From NCBI GenBank assembly GCA_010093995.1, contig ML992506.1, positions 306,832 to 370,831 of the forward strand: a DNA stretch of 64,000 bases, in the 5' to 3' direction. The DNA comes from Elsinoe ampelina (lineage: Eukaryota). Position numbers and translations under genes: made by a program. Positions 14,503 to 29,267 of the stretch are shown here, piece after piece. The notes below the pieces were generated by a model, which ran no database searches, was not told where the DNA came from, and was given only the letters and a program-made list of their open reading frames with translations. Each line of letters opens with the position of its first letter. The stretch's first letter is position 1.

Positions 14503-15216
14503 TCACACCTCGATCAATTTCTCCTCCTTCTCCGCCTCCAACGCCGGATGCACCCCCTTGTAAAACTGCCCCACGGCATCAGGATACACCTCCAACGCAT
14601 CCAACACCACCCACCTCACAAACTCCTCGTCAAACCTCCCCAACAACCACGTCCCCACCATATCCACCCCCGCCCCCGCCCCTCCGGCAGTCCACAGCCT
14701 CCCCCCCTCCTCCACCACCCACCTCTGATCCACCCACTCGATCCCGGGATGCACCTTCCTCGCCGCAGGAATAAACCCCCTATTCGTGGTCATCCTCCTC
14801 CCCTCCAACCCCTCCCCGATCGCGTCCGCGAACCACAAACTCCCCACACACGTCGTGAGCACAGTCGCTTTGCCCGCCTCCCAAACCTCCCGCATCAACC
14901 TCGCCGCCGCCTCAGGACAGTGGTCGAGTAGCGGTCCGCCCACGAGAAGCACGTCAATGTCCCGCGGCACGTCATCGTACGTGCAAGACGGCAGGACAGT
15001 GATGCCCGGCGTCATGGTGGTGGGGGCGAGGGTTGTGGCGGGGAAGTGGAAGGTGATGTCTGGAGCGAAGGGGGTGAAGCGGGACATGCTAGGGACGAGG
15101 GTGAGGAGGGCGGTGAGGTAGGTGCCGGAGAGGTTGCCGATGAGGTCCGCCGGGGTGATGTCGGAGAGCTGGACGGATTCGGAGAGGACGCAGACTTGGA
15201 GGGGTGGGGGGGGCAT
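14503..15216 (-). CDS. DJ-1/PfpI (ThiJ) family protein
   Basis: QLSDITPADL, DVLLVGGP, nucleophile elbow TTCVGSLW, MTTNR, WVDQRWV, LWTAGGAGAGVDM. Confidence 0.9.
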   Translation of the reverse strand: MPPPPLQVCVLSESVQLSDITPADLIGNLSGTYLTALLTLVPSMSRFTPFAPDITFHFPATTLAPTTMTPGITVLPSCTYDDVPRDIDVLLVGGPLLDHCPEAAARLMREVWEAGKATVLTTCVGSLWFADAIGEGLEGRRMTTNRGFIPAARKVHPGIEWVDQRWVVEEGGRLWTAGGAGAGVDMVGTWLLGRFDEEFVRWVVLDALEVYPDAVGQFYKGVHPALEAEKEEKLIEV

Positions 15217-15866
15217 GATTGATGTGAGGGTAGTGGTGGCTAGGGGATGCTTGAGGTTTGGACTTTGGAGTCTGCTTGTAGTTGGAGAGCAAGGATGGGC
15301 TGGAGGCTGGTGCTGGTAGGCCGACTATGGACACTACCAATGACTCTTATTTATGTGCACGATCACTTCAGTTCTGTACATATCAATTCATTGTGTCTTC
15401 ATTGACGCCAATTTGCTCAATCAACCTCACTCGCATGTTGATGTGGTGGTAATGGCTGTTGGATGCCCCAGGCAGCAGCTTATGGATGCAGCCAAGGTCT
15501 CACCTCCATGACCCGATGGCTTCAATCGCGGAGCACGGAGACTTGTCTAATCGTTTCTATCGAGCGCACAACTCATGTTCTAGCTCGAATGTTGTTGCCT
15601 GCTATCCTGTCCGTTCAGACCGCTACGATCGGGGGGAATTTGAGATGGTCAGTAGCATAATGGCAGCGCAGTCAGCACAAAATCTAAATCGGCGTCAGGG
15701 TACTTGTGAAAGTGGATTAATCATTCGAGTATGTGAAGGGTATCAGTGCTGGTCTATGGCCAATGGAAGAATCCGCCCAAACTGCATCGCTGATGGTCGC
15801 GAAACGAACTCCGGGCCCTGGTGGACCAAATGACAGCCGTATCAGTCATTAGCCAGTCATCGTCTC

Positions 15867-16552
15867 CTATATCTCCAGCTTCGCCTTGAGCTCTGGGACT
15901 CCCAAGTGCCCCGTCGTCGTCGCCATCCTGTGGATAAACTTCAACTCGCCATTCACCCAAATCAACTCGCCACCGTTCTGCGCGGTCTTCCCACCGCTGA
16001 ACAGCTTTGTCGGACCAGCAGTCAAGTTTGTGAGGAAGCTTGACACAACAACAGAGGCAAAGGAGCGGTCCGAGTAGGCAATGTTCTTGTGGCCAGTGGC
16101 GAGGGTGACGGCGAATCCGAGTGTGTCGTATGTGACTCGTTTTGGGTCGGCGTAGATCTCATAGGGACAATTGTTACGCTTCTTGTAGTCCACGATGAGA
16201 GAAGGGTCGCCGCAGCCAATGACTATGAGCTTAGTAGGCGGGTTGAGTGCAGAAAGTGCAGGCGGGGAGAAATCCTTATATAGGGCTTTGAGATATTCCT
16301 CGCAGAACTGAGGATCGTTAGTATGACAGAGCAAGTGTGATATGATGAACTCACCCCGCAGAAGAAGTGGCGTATGAAGATTGTGAGGACTCGTGGATGC
16401 GATGCGTCTTCTATCAGTGATTTGAAGCTGACCGCCTTTCCGTCTTCTCCCTTGACCTCTAGCCCTTTGAGTTTCTCGAGGTTCTTCTCGCTAGGAAGCT
16501 CGATTTGCTGCTCCGGAGTCATCTCGCCCTTTCTCTCGAATAACCACGACAT
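15867..16552 (-). CDS. Thioredoxin-like AhpC/TSA (peroxiredoxin-like 2) family protein
   Basis: IFIRHFFCG joined across an intron (~16308-16354) to FCEEY, giving CxxC; IVIGCG, YEIYADP, QNGGE motifs. Confidence 0.85.
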
Positions 16553-17189
16553 GCAGAAGTCAGTGTGAGTAATAACCGTGCCAAAATAGGTCGGGTGTAG
16601 TGTTGTGTCTGCGATCAACGTCTATGGCGTCACCAACTCCTGAATTTCACGTTGGCGCGAGTATTGTCGATAAACCCGATAAATAGCAAAGGAAATCAAA
16701 GAAACAGAGATGAAAGACATGACCCCTTCGTCCATCAAATACCTATCGTAGCATGTGGCTTTTCTCAAATCACGCGACAAAACAGTGGCCCGGAAGTTTG
16801 CGATCCGGATGTGGTGTGAGAAAAGGTCCCACGTGCGGCTCTGGAACCTTGAACCGTTCATCATGCGCTTTGGGGCTGTTTTCTGCTTTCATTGGGCTCG
16901 CCTAGGCCCGATTTCGTCGAATCAAAGGGCGGTCAGAGGATGATCTTCAACCGGCGTTGCACATCTCCGGGCACCTGCATTTTTGTCCTTATTTCTGATA
17001 GACCGAGGACTTCTTCGTTTCAATGCAAGCTTTTCTTCTCCTTGCAGGGCTTTGCAGGAGCTGGCATCGAGCGATTTGATTCTTCTCTCACGGTTCCGCA
17101 GAGGGGTGGGGATTCGACTATTTCCACGTGCTGGCGCGAGCAGACCCGCTCTTGAACCGATACCTGGTTAGGCTTAGTGAAGGAAACAT

Positions 17190-17660
17190 GACTCGGTGTC
17201 TAGCTCTCGAGATGAACCTTCGAAGGTTTATATCCCTTCTTGCCCTGTGCTGTCGCTGCTGCATCCCCGACTTCTTCCTGTAGAAGAGGGACTCAGTACC
17301 TTGGCTTCCTGGGTGTACGCATCTCTCCCTCTCCGAGAAGACACGAGACGGCTTGAAACTTACTGAGGAGGAGCTCAAGACCGCCGCCGCGGCTCGTTCC
17401 CGCCGGGGAGCAGAGAGGCAAAGGATGTGCCGTAAGCGCAAAAGGGACGCCGATGAAGAGGGCTACCTACAGCAAAACCTCAATCAACACCAAGCTTGGG
17501 CGGACAAGAACCGCGATCGCGTCAATGAGATTGCAAAAGGTGTCCGCAACAAGGCTAAAGAGTCTGCTCGCTTCCACTGCGAGGTATACAATCACAACGC
17601 CGCCACTCCAGGAGCTCTTGAGGACCACAACAAGTCAAGAGCACACCTCGGATCGGACAA
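17190..17660 (+). pseudogene. C-terminal fragment of a Zn-finger protein resembling fungal 'GIY-YIG catalytic domain' proteins
   Basis: PDFFL*KRDSVPWLPGCTHLSLSE..LTEEEL, a basic coiled coil, then RFHCEVYNH...LEDHNKSRAH (C2H2 with the second Cys changed to Tyr). In-frame TAG; no upstream domain. Family assignment from memory. Confidence 0.5.
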
Positions 17661-17662
17661 GA

Positions 17663-17846
17663 ACTACCAGAAACCACCAACAGTTCGGAATTCTGCCGAG
17701 GTTGGTAAGTGGCGATTACGAGTAACGGTTTCTGGTAGTAGCTGTGTTTCTGATACTGAGGGTGTTTCTGGTAGTGGTTGTCTTGCTGTAGTGAGTGTTG
17801 TTCTGGTAGTAAGTTTGCCTCTAGTAGTATCGTTTTGTTGGTAGTA
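17663..17846. repeat. Cluster of (T)TCTGGTAGT motifs including a 13-bp inverted repeat
   Basis: ACTACCAGAAACC (17663-17675) pairs with GGTTTCTGGTAGT (17727-17739); further direct copies at ~17767 and ~17801, degenerate copies at ~17821 and ~17838. Confidence 0.7.
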
Positions 17847-18071
17847 ATTGTCTGGATAAGGGGCTTGCGCTGAGAAGTATGTCTCCAGCGTTAATGCTCT
17901 AGCGATCACCAGCATCTTGATCTCAACAGATCGCAGGTCTCCTCTGTCCCATCCAAGATAATGTTAGCATCCAAAACTGCCACAGTATAGCGCTTTCACT
18001 CACCAGAAAGACATCAAATGCACCATCCTTCTCATGCACCTAAACACATCTACATTTCCTTGATATAAATT

Positions 18072-18940
18072 CTACAAAAACCTCACAAAATCCATCGTCA
18101 CAGGCAACTGCGCCGTACACGTCGCATTCCCCCCTGTATCCTTCTCACATCCCACCGGAAACCTCGCCTCATACCTCGGACATCTCCCATCACAGGCCAT
18201 GATCCGGTTGTTATCGTACACAAACCCCTCTCCACCATCCACAGTCGAACTCCCCACGAACCCTACAACATCCGCCGCTAACCCACAATCAATATGCCAC
18301 CACCGATGTCAAACCACCTGAAACTCTGCGGACTTCGCAGCGGTACACGTCTGCTTGACCCCTACGCCGTCGATGCCGATGGTGATTGTGTCTGGGGGAC
18401 CGTAGCCGAGAGGAGTGTAGGCCACGGCGGGCAGGCCGGTGTAGCAGTAGGGTGTGCAGGCGCAGGTGGCGTTGCGGGCGGGGCAGATCGAGTCACTGTT
18501 TAAGCAGACTTCGGAACTGGGAGGGTAGTTGGGTGCGACGCAGTCGAGGTTGTGGGTTGAGTTGAACCAGCGGAAGGAAGTGATGGAGACCGTGGGTGGA
18601 GTATTCGTGCAGGTGGAGGGGATGGTGGGAGTGATGATGCTGGCTGGGGGGACGCTGCTGGGGGCGGAGGTGGGTGTCGGGGTGCAAGTTGGTGCCTCTG
18701 TGGTTGGTGCCGCTGTGGTTGGTGCCGCTGTGGTTGGTGCCGCTGTGGTTGGTGCCGCTGCGGTGGCTGGAGCTGGGGACGATGAGATGCAACCGCGGTC
18801 GTAGTAGATGTCTGAACTGGCGGAGTCTGCATCGAAGTTGTTGCTCAGGGCTATGTCGAAGAGCATGCAGACATTCTCGCCTTTGGTGAGCTTACAGCTG
18901 CGAGGAGGTGGATGACGTGAATGAACTGCATTTTGACCAT
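18072..18940 (-). pseudogene. Disrupted secreted Cys-rich protein with a Thr/Ala/Pro linker
   Basis: Signal-like MVKMQFIHVIHLLAAVS is out of frame with the main ORF. (APTTA)n linker, then a Cys-rich domain interrupted by TGA at 18309-18311; the same frame resumes to stop 18072. Confidence 0.55.
18688..18760. repeat. 15-bp coding tandem repeat, about 5 copies
   Basis: Unit GTTGGTGCCGCTGTG (one copy has T in place of G), encoding TAAPT on the minus strand. Confidence 0.9.
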
Positions 18941-19260
18941 TGTTGCAAATAGCACCGGGCTAGGTGAACGATTGTGTGCTCAAGGGATTGTCCGTCAAGG
19001 AAATCTCTCTACTTATGGTTGACAATCTTTGCGAGCCAATGTTTTTGACCTACTGCACGTTGATGTCTATTGTTCGTATCAGGTTGATTGTACCGCTGTG
19101 GCTATCCTGGAGTAAATTTGTGGAAGGAGAAGCGATGAGTTCAGCCACAAGTGGTGAGTGAGTTTTTAACGAAAAGGAACCACATTCAGGCTCGCAAGCC
19201 CCGTAAGCCGCCCAAGCCGCCCCCGAGGCCCCTAATTTCCATTCCTCTTCCCTGTGGCTC

Positions 19261-19608
19261 CTACATTTCATCAACAATCTTTCCCTGACCCAGCATCGCC
19301 CTCTTGAGCAGCAACCTCGTACTTCGCTCTTGCTCTCTGAAATTCCCAGTTTCTCTGCCCTCCTCGCGTCCCTCCAAGAAGGTGAGCACCTCGGTCGCCA
19401 TCTGTTCTGCTTCCTCATGCTTGTCCTGTCGGAGCAGAATGTCGACAAGATTATGCTTGTCCCTGATGGCGGCCTCCCGGCCTTCGGACTGCTCACGAAT
19501 AGCGATAATCTGGTTGTAAAGGTGTTCGGTACGTGGTAGGTCGGAGCTGGCTTCGGCCGTGCGTGCTTGGTCGTACAACGATGGCAGGCCTTGATTGGTA
19601 GCTTCCAT
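19261..19608 (-). CDS. Small TPR-like helical protein (115 aa)
   Basis: KHNLVDILLRQDKHEEAEQMATEVL resembles a TPR_10/12 unit; TATA-like element TATAAAA ~19730-19736 upstream on the minus strand. Confidence 0.6.
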   Translation of the reverse strand: MEATNQGLPSLYDQARTAEASSDLPRTEHLYNQIIAIREQSEGREAAIRDKHNLVDILLRQDKHEEAEQMATEVLTFLEGREEGRETGNFREQERSTRLLLKRAMLGQGKIVDEM

Positions 19609-20420
19609 GGTCAGGATGGCACTCGACTTGGAAGATGATATTTTGACTCTGCGATTGGATGACTTGTCACAAAAAGGACGTGAACTCGATGCTAGCGCTT
19701 CCAATTGACAGTGAGGCCGGCGCGTGGCATTTTTATATCGTCGCCGGCTTCGACACATAGCTGCTGCCTAAAGCGCTCCTCAGTGGCAAATGCAGGTATG
19801 CACACCTGCCAGGCAGCGACGGGAGGAAGTATTGTGAGTGGTTAGTGCTATCAGCTTTGTGGCACAGTGCATTGATCACAGAAGTCATTGGCACAAATGG
19901 GCAATAGCACTCCAAGCGCCGACGACAGTTTCATCACATAATGTTGTCTTCCGGGTTGCGATCCTCGGACGGTATGCCGAGGCCGTTTCGACCGCGAACC
20001 GAAAATGCGTGTCTCCACAATTGCGGCACAAGACGACCGAGTATCACCTCTGCGCCTCAAGGTGCGTGTGTTCCCTTCGCCACTTTCTCGGTGCATCCCG
20101 TACTACCAGGATGGACGAGACTCCATGTTGGCACGACTTTCCGAAGTGTATCGAACTGATTGCACCGTTCGATATGGCAGTCAAAAACAGATTCAACGTC
20201 GTGGTACAAACGATAACGAACGCTATCGCTTTCTCGAACCCTGCACTGGCTTCCTTCGGCAACACGTGCGGGGTCTCATGCGTTCCTCATATCAGTGACA
20301 ATCTTCCTGCATCTCATCGCTAGTTTCACCTCAACTACGCCAGATTCATTCCTGCAGCAACCCTGGCACATTGTTGCAGTCCATCTGGATGCAGCGACTG
20401 TATGCGCGGTTCAGGAAACG

Positions 20421-21706
20421 ATGCTGGCTGAGAGCGATCGACTCTCGAACTTGATCAACAACCACACGTGGGCTATTTACCTGGGCTGTCTGGTCCCCAC
20501 GCTTTTGTTGGCTACTATCGCCCTTTCCCTGAGGATATGGGTACGGGTCAAGATCACGAGGAGCTTCAGGATGGATGACTATGTACTGATAGCTGCCCAC
20601 GCTGTCAACCTTCTTGCATGTGGACTATGGTTGCACATAAGACGGCTCGGAATTAGTGTCCCGGACGACAGTCCAGAATCAATGGAGCTTCTGAGCACGG
20701 TATGTGCACCGAAGATTAGTCACTGCATATACTTACAGTGCCCCAGCCTATGTTTGTGTCTCTGGTTCTCTACGTCCTTGCCGGTATCATCGTCAAGTTA
20801 TCGATAGTACTTTGGTTTCTCTACACGGCTCGATCCTGGATACAGCCGTGCTTCGTCATCGTGCCTACGGTCCTGTATATTCTAGCTTGCATCGTGAGCC
20901 TCTTCCTTATCGTCTTCCGCTGCGGCCTACCTGTCTCGCCTGTCAAATTCATCAACACTACCGAATGCACCGTGGGCCCAACTCTGATCCTTTACGCATC
21001 TTGGATTGTCGCGAGCCTTAACAGCATCTGCGATTGGATCTACGCTGGTGTGGCACTCTTCATGGTGATCAAGTCACGATCCACTACAGCCCTGACACGC
21101 ATACTAGCATACTGTCTCGTCGGACTGGCAGTCATCGGAAGCATAGTGTCAGTTTCAAGGTTGACGTCCCTCGGTGCAGCAAAATTCGGCCCTCAATTCC
21201 TGAGCAGTCCTGCAAACGCCATAGCGTTCCTTTTAAGTCTCATCGAGACCGCCGTGGCTACCATCGCTATCAGCCTGGCAACACTTCAGCCTCTACTCGC
21301 AGTCGCCGAAAAACAATGGCCGTCGTTAAGTTCTGGTAGCGGCACTCGAGCCTCATTCTCTCCGAGTCTGAAGTCTCGGGGCAAGCAGCCAGCCTTCCTG
21401 ACCCTAGCAACAGCAGATACCACCCAATCCGCCACCTCAAGCAGCACGGGACTCGTTGCCTCCGTCGATCGCAAAGTCAGACTAGACTCTGAGACTCTTG
21501 GAAGGCTAGGAATCCTCCCGGACGTCTCCGATGGCGAAAGTGACGAGGAGGAAGATGGAGGTCTTATCCAATTCCTGCCGAGGCGGTCTTCGAAGACGAT
21601 GCCTCAGCTGCCTGCGGGTCCGTTGGGACGTATCTCCGAGGTTGCCACCCCGGTCGAGGAGATGCCAGCATGGGAGGAGGAAAGCTATATTGGAAAGATA
21701 GGATGA
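20421..21706 (+). CDS. PTH11-like integral membrane protein (fungal rhodopsin-domain GPCR-like)
   Basis: LRIWVRVKITRSFRMDDY, IVKLSIVLWFL, FRCG.P, SICDWIYA, SIVSVSRL, IETAVATIAISLATLQPL; intron 20700-20746. Confidence 0.85.
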
Positions 21707-22294
21707 AATATAACGTGAGGCTGGTAGTGACTACGATCCAAAGTTGTCTTGGAGCATGGTGAAGCAACGCCGTATGACAGTGATACCACTTCTTATATTA
21801 CCATCTTCAAAGATGCTGCTCCCCCTTGGGACCCAAAGCCTACCAGACCCCGGCGCCCAGACTTCTCCATCGCGACAGAGCATGGGTTGAAGCCGTCGCT
21901 AGGTCTCGATCTTGTGTAAAACGCCACTGTCATTAGACATCTGCGGAGCCGGAATCGGCTGCAAAGGGACGGGCATCTCGCTCGACAGCATTTGAGCAAG
22001 GACGATGTATGAGTGGTAGGAATTCATTTTGCTTCCATACGGGATGGTGATCCGTCTGTTCATGCTGAAACCCATGTTCAGAGACCCATCTTCCATCCCG
22101 CCTGCTCCTCTCAACAACATCATGGCGGCTCCAAAAACAGTGTTGTAGCCATGGAAGACGATGTGAACGATGCCCGGAACCGCGATGCTGTGTGACAGAA
22201 ACCCGTCGTATCCTCCGTAACAGCAGTGTCGAATCACACCATCCACAAATTGGATACTTCTCTCGGATCGACCGTGCTGAAAAGGCGCATGGTG

Positions 22295-23826
22295 TTACGT
22301 TTGATCGGTAAATGCAGACATAGGACCCTTTGTCGGGAAGGGTCTGTTGATATACTGTGTCCAGTCGGATGGGAATCCAGGGACCATGCTGGTGTACCAG
22401 TCCTTCTTCTCGGCTGCATCGATGTGGTGTTGTTTCAAAGCATTGTTCTTGAATGCGTTGAGAACCTTGCTCTTCCGCATTCTGGTAGCGACAGCGACCT
22501 TGTCTTCCTTCTTCTCGGTCTCTGTCATGCTCTGCTGCCTCATCCTGTAGTATTCGGCGCCATACTCGATGCGCTCCTCACGTTCCTCAGATGTCTCACG
22601 TTTCATTCGAGCTTACTTACGAGCTTTGTCCTCCTCCTTGCCAACTGGAGTGTTACGGCGGACTGACGGCTCGTTCTGATTGAAGTTGCGTTACGCAGGA
22701 GGAATGTTGGATCGCTTGACAGTGGTGATGATAATGTACTGTGGGACATTTGCCCTGCATCCAAAGATCTCATCGTACACATTCATCGTCTCGTCAAATC
22801 GGCGCTTGCTGACTTCACCGCGGTCCTCTTCACTAGTAAGGCTCCGACATTGCACTTTGAAAAGCAGTGCCTATCCATTCCAGATCTGAAGGGAGCAGAC
22901 TGTAGGCTTCCAGCAGTGCCGAAGATGTGAGTTGACGCAGCACAATGGCGTCCCTATACTGGGCAGCGTCGCTGTATACACACGACTAGTGCCCGAACAG
23001 AGCTTCGGCAATGCGGCAAAGCTTCCTCACTCTTCGGATCTGAGCATCATTGACACCATCCAGAAGACGGGGGCTGACGACGTCCACGAGACTGACGATT
23101 TCACTGTCGAAGGCCTCGCTATTATGCTTCAGCTGATAGTACTCATTGTCAGGGTTTCTCTTGAGAGACTAGAGATCGTCATGCTCTTTTCGGCGCTGCT
23201 GTCTGCTGCGGTGAGATATGCATCCGGAATTGAAGCGAGGCTTCTCATCAGGCTGGCCAGTCCTGGGAGTGAGTATATCCGTATACACACCTTTGGATGA
23301 GCCCCCGAACGGAAGAGAGCAGAGATCGCTCAGGCGGGATGGATGTGACAGATGGTTGAATCTGGCCAAGACTACCGCAGAAAGCAAGGCTGCGACATCA
23401 CTCAGAAGCGCCATATCAGCCTGCCCGTCGAATTCCCCTGCCCAGTCGCGGGTCTGAATGCCCGGCAGCCATGAGTACCAGCCCTTTGTCAAAGAAGATG
23501 GGATACTGCCTCCTGAGCTCGTTAGTCGAGTGACGGCTCTGCGATGAGGTAGAAGACGCGGCTAGGGGAGAGGTCGGGGATGAGTCACCCAGAGACTTGC
23601 TCTTCGACACCCTCGTACCAGAGCTGGAAGGGGTCGCCGCTACAGGCGTGAGGCTCCCACCGACAAGCTTCACCTCCTGATTGCCACCTTTCGGCACTGT
23701 CGATGTGGCTGGTCTTCTGAAGTTTGATGGGGTCGATGACAATAAAGACGGTTTTGGTGGCGCCAAATTTGCCGAATACAAATTATCGTCGGAGGTCAGT
23801 TCGATCACGTCAACTTGTTGAGTCAT
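22295..23826 (-). pseudogene. Disrupted hypothetical protein, possibly GIY-YIG-like
   Basis: Chain of minus-strand ORFs (23826-23416, 23492-23169, ...22606-22295) linked by a frameshift and in-frame stops. Contains KGVYTDIL..., LCRIAEALFG and a charged helical C-terminus. Confidence 0.4.
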
Positions 23827-24531
23827 GGTCGGAGCGCTACGATGGGTCAGTGGAGGCTTTCGACAACGTTGAAATAGGGCGTTGTGCTCACTCTTGTCTT
23901 GGTAGCGTGGATTTCGACCGCCAGCAGGGCCGTGTCAATGGTGACGGGCAAAACCCGGCATGCCCCTCAATAGTCCCAGCTATTGACGCTTCTGATATCC
24001 AAAATTGTGGCGTTGCAATAGCTCGAGTAGAAGTTGAGCGATGGTGTCGATGTGAGAGAGAGCGGACCGACCGCCTGGAGCGTCCGTTGGCAGGAAAGCC
24101 TACCAGTATTCATGCAGCAGGAGCTGCGGACAAGCCACTCTAGAGGCACCGGGTTTCATGCAGCGGTGGACCGGCATTGGGTATGATCTCCATAGCGGGT
24201 GCTGAAATTCGCCGCGGAGAGCGAGCACTTGCCGAACGGTACGGACAAGTGCCACAGCGATGGACCAAGCTGGCGACAAACATCAGCTGAAGCATCTACT
24301 CCTGTAGCACAATGTATCAATCTTGCGATCACGAAGGAAAAGCGGAGAAAATTGTCAGACAATGCAGTTGATGGGAAATTGGACTATCTGCTTCATTATT
24401 CATCAAGCAAACCCTTCCGACAACGCACTCTGCATTGCCCCGAAACGACTTCTCTCTTCTGTGACTGTTGTTGCCATGCGCGGAGTCTAGACATGACGCT
24501 GTGAAGTTGGGACATCGGTGGTGACCAACGT

Positions 24532-26465
<1,934 letters not shown>

Positions 26466-27023
26466 GGTGACGGTGTTGGTGAATTTGACTGGAGTTGTGA
26501 GATTGAAGTGGTTTAAAGTCTGATGATTGTTAGATCCTGTCAGTGGCTTCGTTACGATGATAGAACTCACTTGCTCAGGACTGAATGCTCTCGATTCAAG
26601 GTATGAGCGACAAGAAAGGAAAGAGGAGTGTGGGAAGAGGGGCAGTGAAGATTTATCAGTGCGGCTGTGACTAAGCGAAGTTTTAGTGGGGTTGTTGAGG
26701 TCACAGCCCAACCTGTGACTGTTTTTTTCGCCGCTGGAACTTGCGGTGAGCTAAAGAGGACAGCTGGTGTGGTAGATGTAGAGTTCTGGGCCTGTTGATA
26801 GACACTGATAGTCGTCAGAGACCTTTCACTGTCAGGCGATCTCATATATTTCTTGTGAATGGCTTTTTCGAGGCCTTGACTCTTCACAAAACAATGCGAT
26901 TCAGGGTCACTGCGCCAGAAGCACGATCTGCAGAGAAGCTTTCACATTGGCTCTACGTCAGAGGCCAGAACTATTTGAGTGGGTATCTCTATCACAAAAC
27001 GCCATACCATGCTCACGTTCTCT

Positions 27024-28965
27024 TCACTGTGCTCCTAACGTGCTCTTCCTCCATACAATTGCGAATGCAGCAGCAGCACAGACTGTAGCACCCAGAGCAA
27101 TGTAGAGACTCGTTCTGTCTGGAACATCCTCCTCGTCTTTCGGAAATGCAGTTGAAGGATATGTGGCACTTTCTGCAAGATGTACAAAGAACTCGCTCAC
27201 GCTACCCCAAGTGACACTGACGTGCAAGGGTTTCGGCATCTTACGATCCTCTGTATACTGATCAGGCTGTACCTCAGTCCGCTGGACGGTTCGGTCTTGG
27301 TCAGCCTTGAGTGCGGTGTACACAGATGGTAGGGCGTCCAAGTGTGGGAAGCGTTGGCGTAGCTCCATTATGTGTCGGAATGAGTCCGGATCGCTTGAGT
27401 CATAAGTGTAGCAGAGCAGATCGCAAGCGTCCAATTTGGACTGGTTCTCCAGAATAGCATCCTCCAGCTCTCCCAATTCCTTGAGGATTAGATAGCACTG
27501 TTTGCCACTTTCCAGCTCCACACTGTTTACGGCCGTCTGCGGCTTGATCGTAGGATGATAGACCGAACTGAATGGTCGGTTGAGAAAAGCATTCAACAAG
27601 CTGGACTTGCCACTCCCACCAGCACCAAGAACATAGCAGAGGAACACATTTCTTTCCACCCTGGCTACTCGCTTACGTCTGGTGCGAGCTTTAGTAACCT
27701 TCAGAGCTGTGGTAGTACCTCCGCGCTCAGGGGTTTCAAACCCGAGGTAGGCAAGGTATTCGAGTGTCGTCTTCGGTTCCTCGAAAGTTGTCATGCTCCA
27801 TTGTGCAAGCCAGCCTTGCAATGTGATGTGACCAGCTTCGTTCCGGACAGTGCAGTCAGGGAAGTCGGAATCGTTCCATGAAGGGGGCAAGCCGGGAGTT
27901 GGTGCGAAGAGAGTGGCCAGTTCCGTATCATTCAGGCCTCCATCATTATCCTTGTCATGCAAAAGGAAGAGATCCACGAAGAAGCGATACCCAACAGGAC
28001 TAAGCTCTGCCGAGGATGACTTGGGCACGTCGAACTTTGGGTGCAGAAAGTTGTCCTTCAAGCTCAGACTATCCTGGTAGTTGAACTTCCTGAGTATGAT
28101 CCATATCGTCTCGTGCCGTCCCTTCTCAGCAAAGACCTTGTTGAGCAGCAGAAAGCCTTCAGCGTCGATGCCCTCGTCCACCTCTCTACCAGACCACTTG
28201 CCGATGGTCTGCTTGATATTGGCCAGATCGTCGTCCGCCAGAGGTCTGTCGAAACACTTCAATTGAAAGTCGTGGATCTCCTTGTCATTCAATAATCCAT
28301 CCTGATCCTTGTCACAGAGGTAGAAAATCCGCTTCAGCGCAGAGATCGCTGCCGGCTTCAATGAGGACTCCTTCGCATCGTAAATTGGAGCAACTGGATG
28401 TGTGACTGCCTTTTGACACAAGAAGAATGCTTCGTTGACATTCAGATGCTCCCGAGCACTCGTCCGTATACACGAATCTATCTCTTTGAACTCTGCCATG
28501 ACCGGCAACATCTCCTCCTCCACGACCGAGGATGTCGAGGCGCCATTCGAAAGGTCGGACTTGTTGGCGCAGAGGACGACAGGGACATTGACGCCGAGCG
28601 AGCGGAAGTAGGGCATCCAGAAGAGTCCGACACGCTCATAGCTATAGTGATCCGAGTATACCAGCAGTATGACATTGCATTTCCGCACTTCTCTTCTCAG
28701 GCCGTCTCGTTCTTGGGGGAGGGCGGATGTGTCTACTATGGAAGTGGTGACGTGGTCTGGTGTCCCGAGGGAGGGCGGTAAGGTGATCTGAGGTAGTATT
28801 GGCTGTATCTTGTGCGTGACAAAGACGTCCTTGACTAGTGATGTCTTTTATGGCCGTCAGGTCTCTCATTGTGTGGACATTGGAATTGGGTGCGAATCGA
28901 CTCACGATCAGACTGGACTTGCCCGTACCCTCGTCACCACACACTGCAATCCGAACGGTAGCCAT
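27024..28965 (-). CDS. GEM1: Mitochondrial Rho GTPase (Miro)
   Basis: [14 protein letters not shown]-loop, EF hands ([18 protein letters not shown]), second GTPase [10 protein letters not shown]-terminal TM anchor; one intron ~28845-28905. Confidence 0.96.
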
Positions 28966-29267
28966 GAATGTAGTGACCCGCGAAGACGCTAGGGGTCTCC
29001 GACCATGATGGTGGCTCTCACAAATGCAGATTGTTGAAAGTAGGAGACACTCATACAAGCAAAACAGATCGCAAGACCGCGGCGGAAGCGGAGATTTGGC
29101 CGTAGCATTCACATGTCAGAGATTCATCGTTGTATTGCGTGACAACACCAGCACAGGCTCAGCAGTAATTTATGCTGGTAGTAGTCTTCCATTCCTGGGT
29201 ATCGGTCCTATAAGAGCCTCTCAAGCTATTTCTTGTCCATAAACGCCTCTGTTCTGTTGTTGCTTCC

